A stretch of DNA of 64,000 nucleotides from Eledone cirrhosa (lineage: Eukaryota): the NCBI GenBank assembly GCA_964016885.1, contig OZ024743.1:208878001-208942000 (forward strand). Reading direction: 5' to 3'. The notes beneath the pieces are model-generated. The model was not told the DNA's origin. It saw nothing but the letters and a program-made list of their open reading frames with translations, and ran no database searches. How positions within the stretch are numbered: position 1 is the stretch's first letter; each line of letters starts with the position of its first letter. A program made the translations under genes and the position numbers. Positions 46,250-61,800 of the stretch are shown here, piece by piece.

Positions 46250-49200
46250 AAAGTTCTTCACTCCATAAGATATACCACAGTTTATCATCCTATAGCCAGA
46301 TGAAAGCTCTTCACTCCATAAGATATACCACAGTTTACCATCCTATAGCCACACATGAAAGCTCTTCACTCCATAAGATAGAACACAGTTTACCATCCTA
46401 TAGCAACAGATGAAAGTTCTTCACTCCATAAGATATACCACAGTTTACCATCCTATAGCCACACATGAAAGCTCTTCACTCCATAACATATAACACAGTT
46501 TACCATCCTATAGCCACAGATGAAAGCTCTTCACCCCATAAGATATACTACAGTTTACCATCCTATAGCCACAGATGAAAGCTCTTCACTCCATAAGATA
46601 TACCACCGTTTACCATCCTATAGCCGCAGATGAAAGCTCTTCACTCCATAAGATATACCACAGTTTACCATCCTATGGCCACAGATGAAAGCTCTTCACT
46701 CCATAAGATATACGACAGTTTACCATCCTATAGCCACACATGAAAGCTCTTCACTCCATAAGATATACCACAGTTTACCATCCTATAGCCACACATGAAA
46801 GCTCTTCACTCCATAAGATATACCACAGTTTACCATCCTATAGCCAGATGAAAGCTCTTCACTCCATAAATATACCACAGTTTACCATCCTATAGCCAGA
46901 TGAAAGCTCTTCACTCCATAAGATATACCACAGTTTACCATCCTATAGCCACACATGAAAGCTCTTCATTCCATAAGATATACCACAGTTTACCATCCTA
47001 TAGCCAGATGAAAGCTCTTCACTCCATAAGATATACCACAGTTTACCATCCTATAGCCACACATGAAAGCTCTTCACTCCATAAGATATACCACAGTTTA
47101 CCATCCTATAGCCACAGATGAAAGCTCTTCACTCCATAAGATATACCACAGTTTACCATCCTATAGCCACACATGAAAGCTCTTCACTCCATAAGATATA
47201 CCACAGTTTACCATCCTATAGCCACACATGAAAGCTCTTCACCCCATAAGATATACCACAGTTTACCATCCTATAGCCACACATGAGAGCTCTTCACTCC
47301 ATAAGATATTCCACAGTTTACCATCCTATAGCCACACATGAAAGCTCTTCCCTCCATAAGATATACCACAGTTTACCACCCTATAGCCACACATGAAAAC
47401 TCTTCACTCCATAAGATATACCACAGTTTATCATCCTAGAGCCACACATGAAAGCTCTTCACTCCATAAGATATACCACAGTTTACCATCCTATAGCCAC
47501 ACATGAAAGCTCTTCACTCCATAAGATATACCACAGTTTACCATCCTATAGTCACAAATGAAAGCTCTTCACTCCATAAGATATACCACAGTTTACCATC
47601 CTATAGCCACACATGAAGGCTCTTCACTCCATCAGATATACCACAGTTTCCCATCCTATAGCCAGATGAAAATCTTCACTCCATAAGATATACCAAAGTT
47701 TACCATCCTATAGCCAGATGAAAGCTCTTCACTCCATAAGATATACCAAAGTTTACCATCCTATAGCCAGATGAAAGTTCTTCACTCCATAAGATATACC
47801 ACAGTTTACCATCCTATAGCCAGATGAAAGCTCTTCACTCCATAAGATATACCACAGTTTACCATCCTATAGCCACACATGAAAGCTCTTCACTCCATAA
47901 GATATAACACAGTTTACCATCCTATAGCCACAGATGAAAGTTCTTCACTCCATAAGATATACCACAGTTTACCATCCTATAGCCACACATGAAAGCTCTT
48001 CACTCCATAACATATAACACAGTTTACCATCCTATAGCCACAGATGAAAGCTCTTCACCCCATAAGATATACTACAGTTTACCATCCTATAGCCACAGAT
48101 GAAAGCTCTTCACTCCATAAGATATACCACAGTTTACCATCCTATAGCCGCAGATGAAAGCTCTTCACTCCATAAGATATACCACAGTTTACCATCCTAT
48201 GGCCACAGATGAAAGCTCTTCACTCCATAAGATATACCACAGTTTACCATCCTATAGCCACACATGAAAGCTCTTCACTCCATAAGATATACCACAGTTT
48301 ACCATCCTATAGCCACACATGAAAGCTCTTCACTCCATAAGATATACCACAGTTTACCATCCTATAGCCAGATGAAAGCTCTTCACTCCATAAATATACC
48401 ACAGTTTACCATCCTATAGCCAGATGAAAGCTCTTCACTCCATAAGATATACCACAGTTTACCATCCTATAGCCACACATGAAAGCTCTTCATTCCATAA
48501 GATATACCACAGTTTACCATCCTATAGCCAGATGAAAGCTCTTCACTCCATAAGATATACCACAGTTTACCATCCTATAGCCACACATGAAAGCTCTTCA
48601 CTCCATAAGATATACCACAGTTTACCATCCTATAGCCACAGATGAAAGCTCTTCACTCCATAAGATATACCACAGTTTACCATCCTATAGCCACACATGA
48701 AAGCTCTTCACTCCATAAGATATACCACAGTTTACCATCCTATAGCCACAAATGAAAGCTCTTCACCCCATAAGATATACCACAGTTTACCATCCTATAG
48801 CCACACATGAGAGCTCTTCACTCCATAAGATATTCCACAGTTTACCATCCTATAGCCACACATGAAAGCTCTTCCCTCCATCAGATATACCACAGTTTAC
48901 CATCCTATAGCCACACATGAAAACTCTTCACTCCATAAGATATACCACAGTTTATCATCCAAGAGCCACACATGAAAGCTCTTCACTCCATAAGATATAC
49001 CACAGTTTACCATCCTATAGCCACACATGAGAGCTCTTCACTCCATAAGATATTCCACAGTTTACCATCCTATAGCCACACATGAAAGCTCTTCACTCCA
49101 TAAGATATACCACAGTTTACCATCCTATAGTCACAAATGAAAGCTCTTCACTCCATAAGATATACCACAGTTTACCATCCTATAGCCACACATGAAGGCT

Positions 49201-49250
49201 CTTCACTCCATCAGATATACCACAGTTTCCCATCCTATAGCCAGATGAAA
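46250..49250. repeat. Higher-order tandem duplication, period about 1524 bp (about 28 monomers), with small indels
   Basis: tatactacag (about 46544/48068), the ccataaatatacc deletion monomer (about 46864/48388), gatattccac and gaaaactctt recur at this offset. ORF starts 46900 and 48424 differ by 1524. Confidence 0.75.
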
Positions 49251-52200
49251 GCTCTTCACTCCATAAGATATACCACAGTTTACCATCCTATTGCCACGCA
49301 TGAAAGCTCTTCACTCCATAAGATATACCACAGTTTACCATCCTATAGCCACACATGAAAGCTCTTCACTCCATAAGATATACTGCAGTTTACCATCCTA
49401 TAGCCACAGATGAAAGCTCTTCACTCCATAAGACATACCACAGTTTACCATCCTATAGCCACACATGAAAGCTCCTCACTCCATAGGATATACCGCAGTT
49501 TACCATCCTATAGCCACAAATGAAAGCTCTTCACTGCATAAGATATACCACAGTTTACCATCCTATAGCCACAGATGAAAGCTCTTCACTCCATAAGATA
49601 TACCACAGTTTACCATCCAATAGCCACACATGAAAGCTCTTCACTCCATAAGATATACCACAGTTTACCATCCTATAGCCACACATGGAAGCTCTTCACT
49701 CCATGAGATATACCACAGTTTACCATCCTATAGCCACACATGAAAGGTCTTCACCCCATAAGATATACCACAGGTTACCATCCTATAGCCACAGATGAAA
49801 GCTCTTCACTCCATAAGATATTCCACAGTTTACCATCCTATAGCCACACATGAAAGCTCTTCACTCCATAATATATACCACAGTTTACCATCCTATAGCC
49901 ACACATGGAAGCTCTTCACTCCATGAGATATACCACAGTTTACCATCCTATAGCCACACATGAAAGCTCTTCACCCCATAAGATATACCACAGTTTACCA
50001 TCCTATAGCCACATGAAAGCTCTTCACTGCATAAGATATACCACACTTTACCATCCTATAGCCACACATGAAAGCTCTTCACTCCATAAGATATACCGCA
50101 GTTTACCATCCTATAGCCACAGATGAAAGCTCTTCACTCCATAAGATATACCACAGTTTACCATCCTATAGCCACACATGAAAGCTCCTCACTCCATAGG
50201 ATATACCGCAGTTTACCATCCTATAGCCACACATGAAAGCTCTACACTCCATAAGATATACCACAATTTACCACCCTATAGCCACAGATGAAAGCTCTTC
50301 ACTCCATATCGTATACCACAGTTTACCATCCTATAGCCACACATGTAAGCTCTTCACTCCATAAGATATACCACAGTTTAGCATTCTATAGCCACAGATG
50401 AATGCTCTTTACTCCATAACATATACCACAGTTTACCATTCTATAGGCACACATTAGAGCTCTTCACTCCATAAGATATACCACAGGTTACCATCCTATA
50501 GCCACACATGAAAGATCTTCACTCCATAAGATATACCACAGTTCACCATCCTATAGCCACACATGAAAGCTCTTCACTCCATAAGATATACCACAGTTTA
50601 CCATCCTATAGCCAGATGAAAGCTTTTCACTCCATAATATATACCACAGTTTACCATCCTATAGCCACACATGAAATATCTTCACTCCATAAGATATACC
50701 ACAGTTCACCATCCTATAGCCACACATGAAAGCTCTTCACTCCATAAGATATACCACAGTTTACCATCCTATAGCCACAGATGAAAGCTCTTCACTCCAT
50801 AAGATATACCACAGTTTACTATCCTATAGTCACAGATGAAAGCTCTTCACTCCATAAGATATACCACAGTTTACCATCCTATAGCCACACATGAAAGCTC
50901 TTCACTCCATGAGATATACCACAGTTTAACATCCTATCGCCACAGATGAAAGCTCTTCACTCCATAAGATATACCACAGTTTACCATCCTATAGCCAGAT
51001 GAAAGCTCTTCACTCCATAAGATATACCACAGTTTACCATCCTATAGCCACAGATGAAAGCTCTTCACTCCATAAGATATACCACAGTTTACCATCCTAT
51101 AGCCACGCCAAGGATTAAAGCTCTTCACTCCATGAGATATACCACAGTCTACCATCCTATAGCCACAGATGAAAGCTCTTCACTCCATAAAATATACCAC
51201 AATTTACCATCCTATAGCCACACATGAAAGCTCTTCACTCCATAAGATATACCACAGTTTACCATTCTATAGCCACACATGGAAGCTCTTCACTCCATGA
51301 GATATACCACAGTTTACCATCCTATAGCCACACATGAAAGCTCTTCACTCCATAAGATATACCACAGTTTACCATCCTATAGCCAGATGAAAGCTCTTCA
51401 CTCCATAAGATATACCACAGTTTACCATCCTATAGCCACACATGAAATCTCTTCACTCCATAAGATATAACACAGTTTACCATCCTATGGCCACACATGA
51501 AAGCTCTTCACTCAATCAGATATACCACTGTTTACCATCCTATAGCCACACATGAAAGCTCTTCACTCCATAAGATATACCACAGCTTACCATCCTATAG
51601 CCAGATGAAAGCTTTTCACTCCATATGATATACCACAGTTTACCATCCTATAGCCACACATGAAAGATCTTCACTCCATAACATATACCACAGTTCACCA
51701 TCCTATAGCCACACATGAAAGCTCTTCACTCCATAAGATATACCACAGTTTACCATCCTATAGCCACAGATGAAAGCTCTTCACTCCATTAGATATACCA
51801 CAGTTTACCATCCTATAGTCACACATGAAAGCTCTTTACTCTATAAGATATACCACAGTTTACCATCCTATGGCCACAGATGAAAGCTCTTCACTCCATA
51901 AGATATACCACAGTTTATCATCCTATAGCCACACATGAAAGCTCTTCACTCCATAAGATATACCACAGTTTACCATCCTATAGCCACATATGAAAGCTCT
52001 TCACTCCATAAGATATACCACAGTTTACCATCCTATAGCCACACATGAAAGATCTTCACTCCATGAGATATACCACAGTTTAACATCCTATCGCCACAGA
52101 TGAAAGCTCTTCACTCCATAAGATATACCACAGTTTACCATCCTATAGCCACACATGAAAGCTCTTCACTCCATAAGATATACCACAGTTTCCAGTCCTA

Positions 52201-52559
52201 TAGCCACAGATGAAAGCTCTTCACTCCATAAGATATACCACAGTTTACCATCCTATAGCCACACATGAAAGCTCTTCACTCCATAAGATATACCACAGTT
52301 TACCATCCTATAGCCAGATGAAAGCCCTTCACTCCATAAGATATACCACAGTTTACCATCCTATAGCCACAGATGAAAGCTCTTCACTCCATAAGATATA
52401 CCACAGTTTACCATCCTATAGCCACACATGAAAGCTCTTCACTCCATAAGATATACCACAGTTTACCATCCTATAGCCAGATGAAAGCCCTTCACTCCAT
52501 AAGATATACCACAGTTTACCATCCTATAGCCACAGATGAAAGCTCTTCACTCCATAAGA

Positions 52560-55330
52560 TATACCACAGTTTACAATCCTATAGCCACAGATGAAATCTC
52601 TTCACTCCATAACATATACCACAGTTTACCATCCTATAGCCACACATGAGAGCTCTTCACTCCATAAGATATACCACAGCTTACCATCCTATAGCCACAC
52701 ATGAAAGCTCTTCACTCCATAAGATATACCACAGTTTACCATCCTATAGCCAGATGAAAGATCTTCACTCCATAAGATATACCACAGTTCACCATCCTAT
52801 AGCCACACAGGAAAGCTCTTCACTCCATAAGATATACCACAGTTTACCATCCTATAGCCACACATGAAAGCTCTTCACTCCATAAGATATACCACAGTTT
52901 ACCATCCTATGGCCACACATGAAAGCTGTTCACTCAATAAGATATACCACTGTTTACCATCCTATAGCCACACATGAAAGCTCTTCACTCCATAAGATAT
53001 ACCACAGTTTACCATCCTATAGCCAGATGAAAGCTTTTCACTCCATATGATATACCACAGTTTACCATCCTATAGCCACACATGAAAGATCTTCACTCCA
53101 TAACATATACCACAGTTCACCATCCTATAGCCACACATGAGAGCTCTTCACTCTATAAGATATACCACAGTTTACCATCCTATGGCCACAGATGAAAGCT
53201 CTTCACTCCATAAGATATACCACAGTTTATCATCCTATAGCCACACATGAAAGCTCTTCACTCCATAAGATATACCACAGTTTACCATCCTATAGCCACA
53301 TATGAAAGCTCTTCACTCCATAAGATATACCACAGTTTACCATCCTATAGCCACACATGAAAGATCTTCACTCCATGAGATATACCACAGTTTAACATCC
53401 TATCGCCACAGATGAAAGCTCTTCACTCCATAAGATATACCACAGTTTACCATCCTATAGCCAGATGAAAGCTCTTCACTCCATAAGATATACCACAGTT
53501 TACCATCCTATAGCCGCAGATGAAAGCTCTTCACTCCATAAGATATACCACAGTTTACCATCCTATAGCCAGATGAAAGCTCTTCACTCCATAAGATATA
53601 CCACAGTTTACCATCCTATAGCCACGCATGAAAGCTCTTCACTCCATAAGATATACCACAGTTTACCATCCTATAGCCACACATGAAAGCTCTTCACTCC
53701 ATAAGATATACCACAGTTTACCATCCTATAGCCACAGATGAAAGCTCTTCACTCCATAAGATATACCACAGTTTACCATCCTATAGACACACATGAGAGC
53801 TCTTCACTCCATAACATATACCACAGTTTACCATCCTATAGACACACATGAGAGCTCTTCACTCCATAAGATATACCACAGTTTACCATCCTATAGCCAC
53901 ACATGAAAGCTCTTCACTCCATAAGATATACCACAGTTTCCAGTCCTATAGCCACAGATGAAAGCTCTTCACTCCATAAGATATACCACAGTTTACCATC
54001 CTATAGCCACACATGAAAGCTCTTCACTCAATAAGATATACCACAGTTTACCATCCTATAGCCAGATGAAAGCTCTTCACTCCATAAGATATACCACAGT
54101 TTACCATCCTATAGCCACACATGAAATCTCTTCACTCCATAAGATATACCACAGTTTACCATCCTATAGCCACAGATGAAAGCTCTTCACTCCATAAGAT
54201 ATACCACAGTTTACGATCCTATAGCCACAGATGAAATCTCTTCACTCCATAACATATACCACAGTTTACCATCCTATAGCCACACATGAGAGCTCTTCAC
54301 TCCATAAGATATACCACAGCTTACCATCCTATAGCCACACATGAAAGCTCTTCACTCCATAAGATATACCACAGTTTACCATCCTATAGCCAGATGAAAG
54401 ATCTTCACTCCATAAGATATACCACAGTTCACCATCCTATAGCCACACAGGAAAGCTCTTCACTCCATAAGATATACCACAGTTTACCATCCTATAGCCA
54501 CACATGAAAGCTCTTCACTCCATAAGATATACCACAGTTTACCATCCTATGGCCACACATGAAAGCTGTTCACTCAATAAGATATACCACTGTTTACCAT
54601 CCTATAGCCACACATGAAAGCTCTTCACTCCATAAGATATACCACAGTTTACCATCCTATAGCCAGATGAAAGCTTTTCACTCCATATGATATATCACAG
54701 TTTACCATCCTATAGCCACACATGAAAGATCTTCACTCCATAACATATACCACAGTTCACCATCCTATAGCCACACATGAAAGCTCTTCACTCCATAAGA
54801 TATACCACAGTTTACCATCCTATAGCCACAGATGAAAGCTCTTCACTCCATAAGATATACCACAGTTTACCATCCTATAGTCACACATGAAAGCTCTTCA
54901 CTCTATAAGATATACCACAGTTTACCATCCTATGGCCACAGATGAAAGCTCTTCACTCCATAAGATATACCACAGTTTACCATCCTATAGCCACACATGA
55001 AAGCTCTTCACTCCATGAGATATACCACAGTTTAACATCCTATCGCCACAAATGAAAGCTCTTCACTCCATAAGATATACCACAGTTTACCATCCTATAG
55101 CCAGATGAAAGCTCTTCACTCCATAAGATATACCACAGTTTACCATCCTATAGCCACAGATGAAATCTCTTCACTCCATAAGATATACCACAGTTTACCA
55201 TCCTATAGCCAGATGAAAGCTCTTCACTCCATAAGATATACCACAGTTTACCATCGTATAGCCACGCATGAAAGCTCTTCACTCCATAAGATATACCACA
55301 GTTTACCATCCTATAGCCACACATGAAAGC
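52560..55330. repeat. Higher-order duplication, period about 1640 bp (about 30 monomers)
   Basis: agccacacaggaaag (52801/54441) and gaaagctgttcactcaat (52921/54561) recur at +1640. ORF pairs 52646/54286 and 53465/55105 share that offset. Confidence 0.8.
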
Positions 55331-58300
55331 TCTTCACTCCATAAGATATACCACAGTTTAACATCCTAGAGCCACAGATGAAAGCTCTTCACTCCATAAG
55401 ATATACCACAGTTTACCATCCTATAGACAGATGAAAGCTCTTCACTCCATAAGATATACCACAGTTTACCATCCTATAGCCACAGATGAAAGCTCTTCAC
55501 TCCATAAGATATACCACAGTTTACCATCCTATAGCCACAGATGAAAGCTCTTCACTCCATAAGATATACCACAGTTTACCATCCTATAGTCACACATGGA
55601 AGCTGTTCACTCCATAAGATATACCACAATTTACCATCCTATAGCCACACATGAAAGCTCTTCACTCCATAAGATATACCACAGTTTACCATCCTATAGC
55701 CACACATGGAAGCTCTTCACTCCATGAGATATACCACAGTTTACCATCCTATAGCCACACATGAAAGCTCTTCACTCCATAAGATATACCACAGTTTACC
55801 ATCCTATAGCCAGATGAAAGCTCTTCACTCCATAAGATATACCACAGTTTACGATCCTATAGCCACACATGAAAGCTCTTCACTCCATAAGATATACCAC
55901 AGTTTACCATCCTATGGCCACACATGAAAGCTCTTCACTCAATAAGATATACCACTGTTTACCATACTATAGCCACAAATGAAAGCTCTTCACTCCATAA
56001 GATATACCACAGTTTACCATCCTATAGCCAGATGAAAGTTCTTCACTCCATAAGATATACCACAGTTTACCATCCTATAGCCAGATGAAAGCTCTTCACT
56101 CCATAAGATATACCACAGTTTACCATCCTATAGCCACACATGAAAGCTCTTCACTGCATAAGATATAACACAGTTTACCATCCTATAGCAACAGATGAAA
56201 GTTCTTCACTCCATAAGATATACCACAGTTTACCATCCTATAGCCACACATGAAAGCTCTTCACTCCATAACATATAACACAGTTTACCATCCTATAGCC
56301 ACAGATGAAAGCTCTTCACCCCATAAGATATACTACAGTTTACCATCCTATAGCCACAGATGAAAGCTCTTCACTCCATAAGATAAACCACCGTTTACCA
56401 TCCTATAGCCGCAGATGAAAGCTCTTCACTCCATAAGATATACCACAGTTTACCATCCTATGGCCACAGATTAAAGCTCTTCACTCCATAAGATATACCA
56501 CAGTTTACCATCCTATAGCCACACATGAAAGCTCTTCACTCCATAAGATATACCACAGTTTACCATCCTATAGCCACACATGAAAGCTCTTCACTCCATA
56601 AGATATACCACAGTTTACCATCCTATAGCCAGATGAAAGCTCTTCACACCATAAATATACCACAGTTTACCATCCTATAGCCAGATGAAAGCTCTTCACT
56701 CCATAAGATATACCACAGTTTACCATCCTATAGCCACACATGAGGGCTCTTCACTCCATAAGATATTCCACAGTTTACCATCCTATAGCCACACATGAAA
56801 GCTCTTCCCTCCATAAGATATACCACAGTTTACCATCCTATAGCCACACATGAAAACTCTTCACTCCATAAGATATACCACAGTTTATCATCCTAGAGCC
56901 ACACATGAAAGCTCTTCACTCCATAAGATATACCACAGTTTACCATCCTATAGCCACACATGAAAGCTCTTCACTCCATAAGATATACCACATTTTACCA
57001 TCCTATAGTCACAAATGAAAGCTCTTCACTCCATAAGATATACCACAGTTTACCATCCTATAGCCACACATGAAGGCTCTTCACTCCATCAGATATACCA
57101 CAGTTTCCCATCCTATAGCCAGATGAAACTCTTCACTCCATAAGATATACCAAAGTTTACCATCCTATAGCCAGATGAAAGCTCTTCACTCCATAAGATA
57201 TACCAAAGTTTACCATCCTATAGCCTGATGAAAGTTCTTCACTCCATAAGATATACCACAGTTTACCATCCTATAGCCAGATGAAAGCTCTTCACTCCAT
57301 AACATATACCACAGTTTACCATCCTATAGCCACACATGAAAGCTCTTCACTCCATAAGATATAACACAGTTTACCATCCTATAGCCACAGATGAAAGTTC
57401 TTCACTCCATAAGATATACCACAGTTTACCATCCTATAGCCACACATGAAAGCTCTTCACTCCATAACATATAACACAGTTTACCATCCTATAGCCACAG
57501 ATGAAAGCTCTTCACCCCATAAGATATACTACAGTTTACCATCCTATAGCCACAGATGAAAGCTCTTCACTCCATAAGATATACCACCGTTTACCATCCT
57601 ATAGCCGCAGATGAAAGCTCTTCAGTCCATAAGATATACCACAGTTTACCATCCTATGGCCACAGATGAAAGCTCTTCACTCCATAAGATATACCACAGT
57701 TTACCATCCTATAGCCACACATGAAAGCTCTTCACTCCATAAGATATACCACAGTTTACCATCCTATAGCCAGATGAAAGCTCTTCACTCCATAAATATA
57801 CCACAGTTTACCATCCTATAGCCAGATGAAAGCTCTTCACTCCATAAGATATACCACATTTTACCATCCTATAGCCACACATGAAAGCTCTTCATTCCAT
57901 AAGATATACCACAGTTTACCATCCTATAGCCAGATGAAAGCTCTTCACTCCATAAGATATACCACAGTTTACCATCCTATAGCCACACATGAAAGCTCTT
58001 CACTCCATAAGATATACCACAGTTTACCATCCTATAGCCACAGATGAAAGCTCTTCACTCCATAAGATATACCACAGTTTACCATCCTATAGCCACACAT
58101 GAAAGCTCTTCACTCCATAAGATATACCACAGTTTACCATCCTATAGCCACACATGAAAGCCCTTCACCCCATAAGATATACCACAGTTTACCATCCTAT
58201 AGCCACACATGAGAGCTCTTCACTCCATAAGATATTCCACAGTTTACCATCCTATAGCCACACATGAAAGCTCTTCCCTCCATAAGATATACCACAGTTT

Positions 58301-58889
58301 ACCATCCTATAGCCACACATGAAAACTCTTCACTCCATAAGATATACCACAGTTTATCATCCAAGAGCCACACTTGAAAGCTCTTCACTCCATAAGATAT
58401 ACCACAGTTTACCATCCTATAGCCACACATGAGAGCTCTTCACTCCATACGATATTCCACAGTTTACCATCCTATAGCCACACATGAAAGCTCTTCACTC
58501 CATAAGATATACCACAGTTTACCATCCTATAGTCACAAATGAAAGCTCTTCACTCCATAAGATATACCACAGTTTACCATCCTATAGCCACACATGAAGG
58601 CTCTTCACTCCATCAGATATACCACAGTTTCCTATCCTATAGCCAGATGAAAGCTCTTCACTCCATAAGATATACCACAGTTTACCATCCTATTGCCACG
58701 CATGAAAGCTCTTCACTCCATAAGATATACCACAGTTTACCATCCTATAGCCACACATGAAAGCTCTTCACTCCATAAGATATACTGCAGTTTACCATCC
58801 TATAGCCACAGATGAAAGCTCTTCACTCCATAAGACATACCACAGTTTACCATCCTATAGCCACACATGAAAGCTCCTCACTCCATAGG

Positions 58890-61800
58890 ATATACCGCAG
58901 TTTACCATCCTATAGCCACACATGAAAGCTCTACACTCCATAAAATATACCACAGTTTACCATCCTATAGGCACAGATGAAAGCTCTTCACTCCATAACA
59001 TATACCACAGTTTACCATCCTATAGCCACACATGAGAGCTCTTCACTCCATAAGATATACCGCAGTTTACCATCCTATAGCCACACATGAAAGCTCTTCA
59101 CTGCATAAGATATACCACAGTTTACCATCCTATAGCCACAGATGAAAGCTCTTCACTCCATAAGATATACCACAGTTTACCATCCAATAGCCACACATGA
59201 AAGCTCTTCACTCCATAAGATATACCACAGTTTACCATCCTATAGCCACACATGGAAGCTCTTCACTCCATGAGATATACCACAGTTTACCATCCTATAG
59301 CCACACATGAAAGCTCTTCACCCCATAAGATATACCACAGTTTACCATCCTATAGCCACATGAAAGCTCTTCACTGCATAAGATATACCACACTTTACCA
59401 TCCTATAGCCACACATGAAAGCTCTTCACTCCATAAGATATACCGCAGTTTACCATCCTATAGCCACAGATGAAAGCTCTTCACTCCATAAGATATACCA
59501 CAGTTTACCATCCTATAGCCACACATGAAAGCTCCTCACTCCATAGGATATACCGCAGTTTACCATCCTATAGCCACACATGAAAGCTGTACACTCCATA
59601 AGATATACCACAATTTACCACCTTATAGCCACAGATGAAAGCTCTTCACTCCATAAGATATACCACAGTTTACCATCCTATAGCCACACATGAGAGCTCT
59701 TCACTCCATAAGATATACCGCAGTTTACCATCCTATAGCCACACATGTAAGCTCTTCACTCCATAAGATATACCACAGTTTAGCATTCTATAGCCACAGA
59801 TGAAAGCTCTTCACTCCATAACATATACCACAGTTTACCATTCTATAGGCATACATTAGAGCTCTTCACTCCATAAGATATACCACAGGTTACAATCCTA
59901 TAGCCACACATGAAAGCTCTACACTCCATAAGATATACCACAGTTTACCATTCTATAGCCAGATGAAAGCTTTTCACTCCATAAGATATACCACAGTTTA
60001 CCATCCTATAGCCACACATGAAAGATCTTCACTCCATAAGATATACCACAGTTCACCATCCTATAGCCACACATGAAAGCTCTTCACTCCATAAGATATA
60101 CCACAGTTTACCATCCTATAGCCACAGATGGAAGCTCTTCACTCCATAAGATATACCACAGTTTACTATCCTATAGTCACAGATGAAAGCTCTTCACTCC
60201 ATAAGATATACCACAGTTTACCATCCTATGTCCACAGATGAAAGCTCTTCACTCCATAAGATATACCACAGTTTACCATCCTATAGCCACACATGAAAGC
60301 TCTTCACTCCATAAGATATACCACAGTTTACCATCCTATAGCCACATATGAAAGCTCTTCACTCCATAAGATATACCACAGTTTACCATCCTATAGCCAC
60401 ACATGAAAGCTCTTCACTCCATGAGATATACCACAGTTTAACATCCTATCGCCACAGATGAAAGCTCTTCACTCCATAAGATATACCACAGTTTACCATC
60501 CTATAGCCAGATGAAAGCTCTTCACTCCATAAGATATACCACAGTTTACCATCCTATAGCCACAGATGAAAGCTCTTCACTCCATAAGATATACCACAGT
60601 TTACCATCCTATAGCCACGCCAAGGATTAAAGCTCTTCACTCCATAAGATATACCACAGTCTACCATCCTATAGCCACAGATGAAAGCTCTTCACTCCAT
60701 AAAATATACCACAATTTACCATCCTATAGCCACACATGAAAGCTCTTCACTCCATAATATATACCACAGTTTACCATCCTATAGCCACACATGGAAGCTC
60801 TTCACTCCATGAGATATACCACAGTTTACCATCCTATAGCCACACATGAAAGCTCTTCACTCCATAAGATATACCACAGTTTACCATCCTATAGCCAGAT
60901 GAAAGCTCTTCACTCCATAAGATATACCACAGTTTACCATCCTATAGCCACACATGAAATCTCTTCACTCCATAAGATATAACACAGTTTACCATCCTAT
61001 GGCCACACATGAAAGCTCTTCACTCAATAAGATATACCACTGTTTACCATCCTATAGCCACACATGAAAGCTCTTCACTCCATAAGATATACCACAGTTT
61101 ACCATCCTATAGCCAGATGAAAGCTTATCACTCCATATGATATACCACAGTTTACCATCCTATAGCCACACATGAAAGATCTTCACTCCATAACATATAC
61201 CACAGTTCACCATCCTATAGCCACACATGAAAGCTCTTCACTCCATAAGATATACCACAGTTTACCATCCTATAGCCACAGATGAAAGCTCTTCACTCCA
61301 TAAGATATACCACAGTTTACCATCCTATAGTCACACATGAAAGCTCTTCACTCTATAAGATATACCACAGTTTATCATCCAAGAGCCACACTTGAAAGCT
61401 CTTCACTCCATAAGATATACCACAGTTTACCATCCTATAGCCACACATGAGAGCTCTTCACTCCATACGATATACCGCAGTTTACCATCCTATAGCCACA
61501 CATGAAAGCTCTACACTCCATAAAATATACCACAGTTTACCATCCTATAGGCACAGATGAAAGCTCTTCACTCCATAACATATACCACAGTTTACCATCC
61601 TATAGCCACACATGAGAGCTCTTCACTCCATAAGATATACCGCAGTTTACCATCCTATAGCCACACATGAAAGCTCTTCACTGCATAAGATATACCACAG
61701 TTTACCATCCTATAGCCACAGATGAAAGCTCTTCACTCCATAAGATATACCACAGTTTACCATCCAATAGCCACACATGAAAGCTCTTCACTCCATAAGA

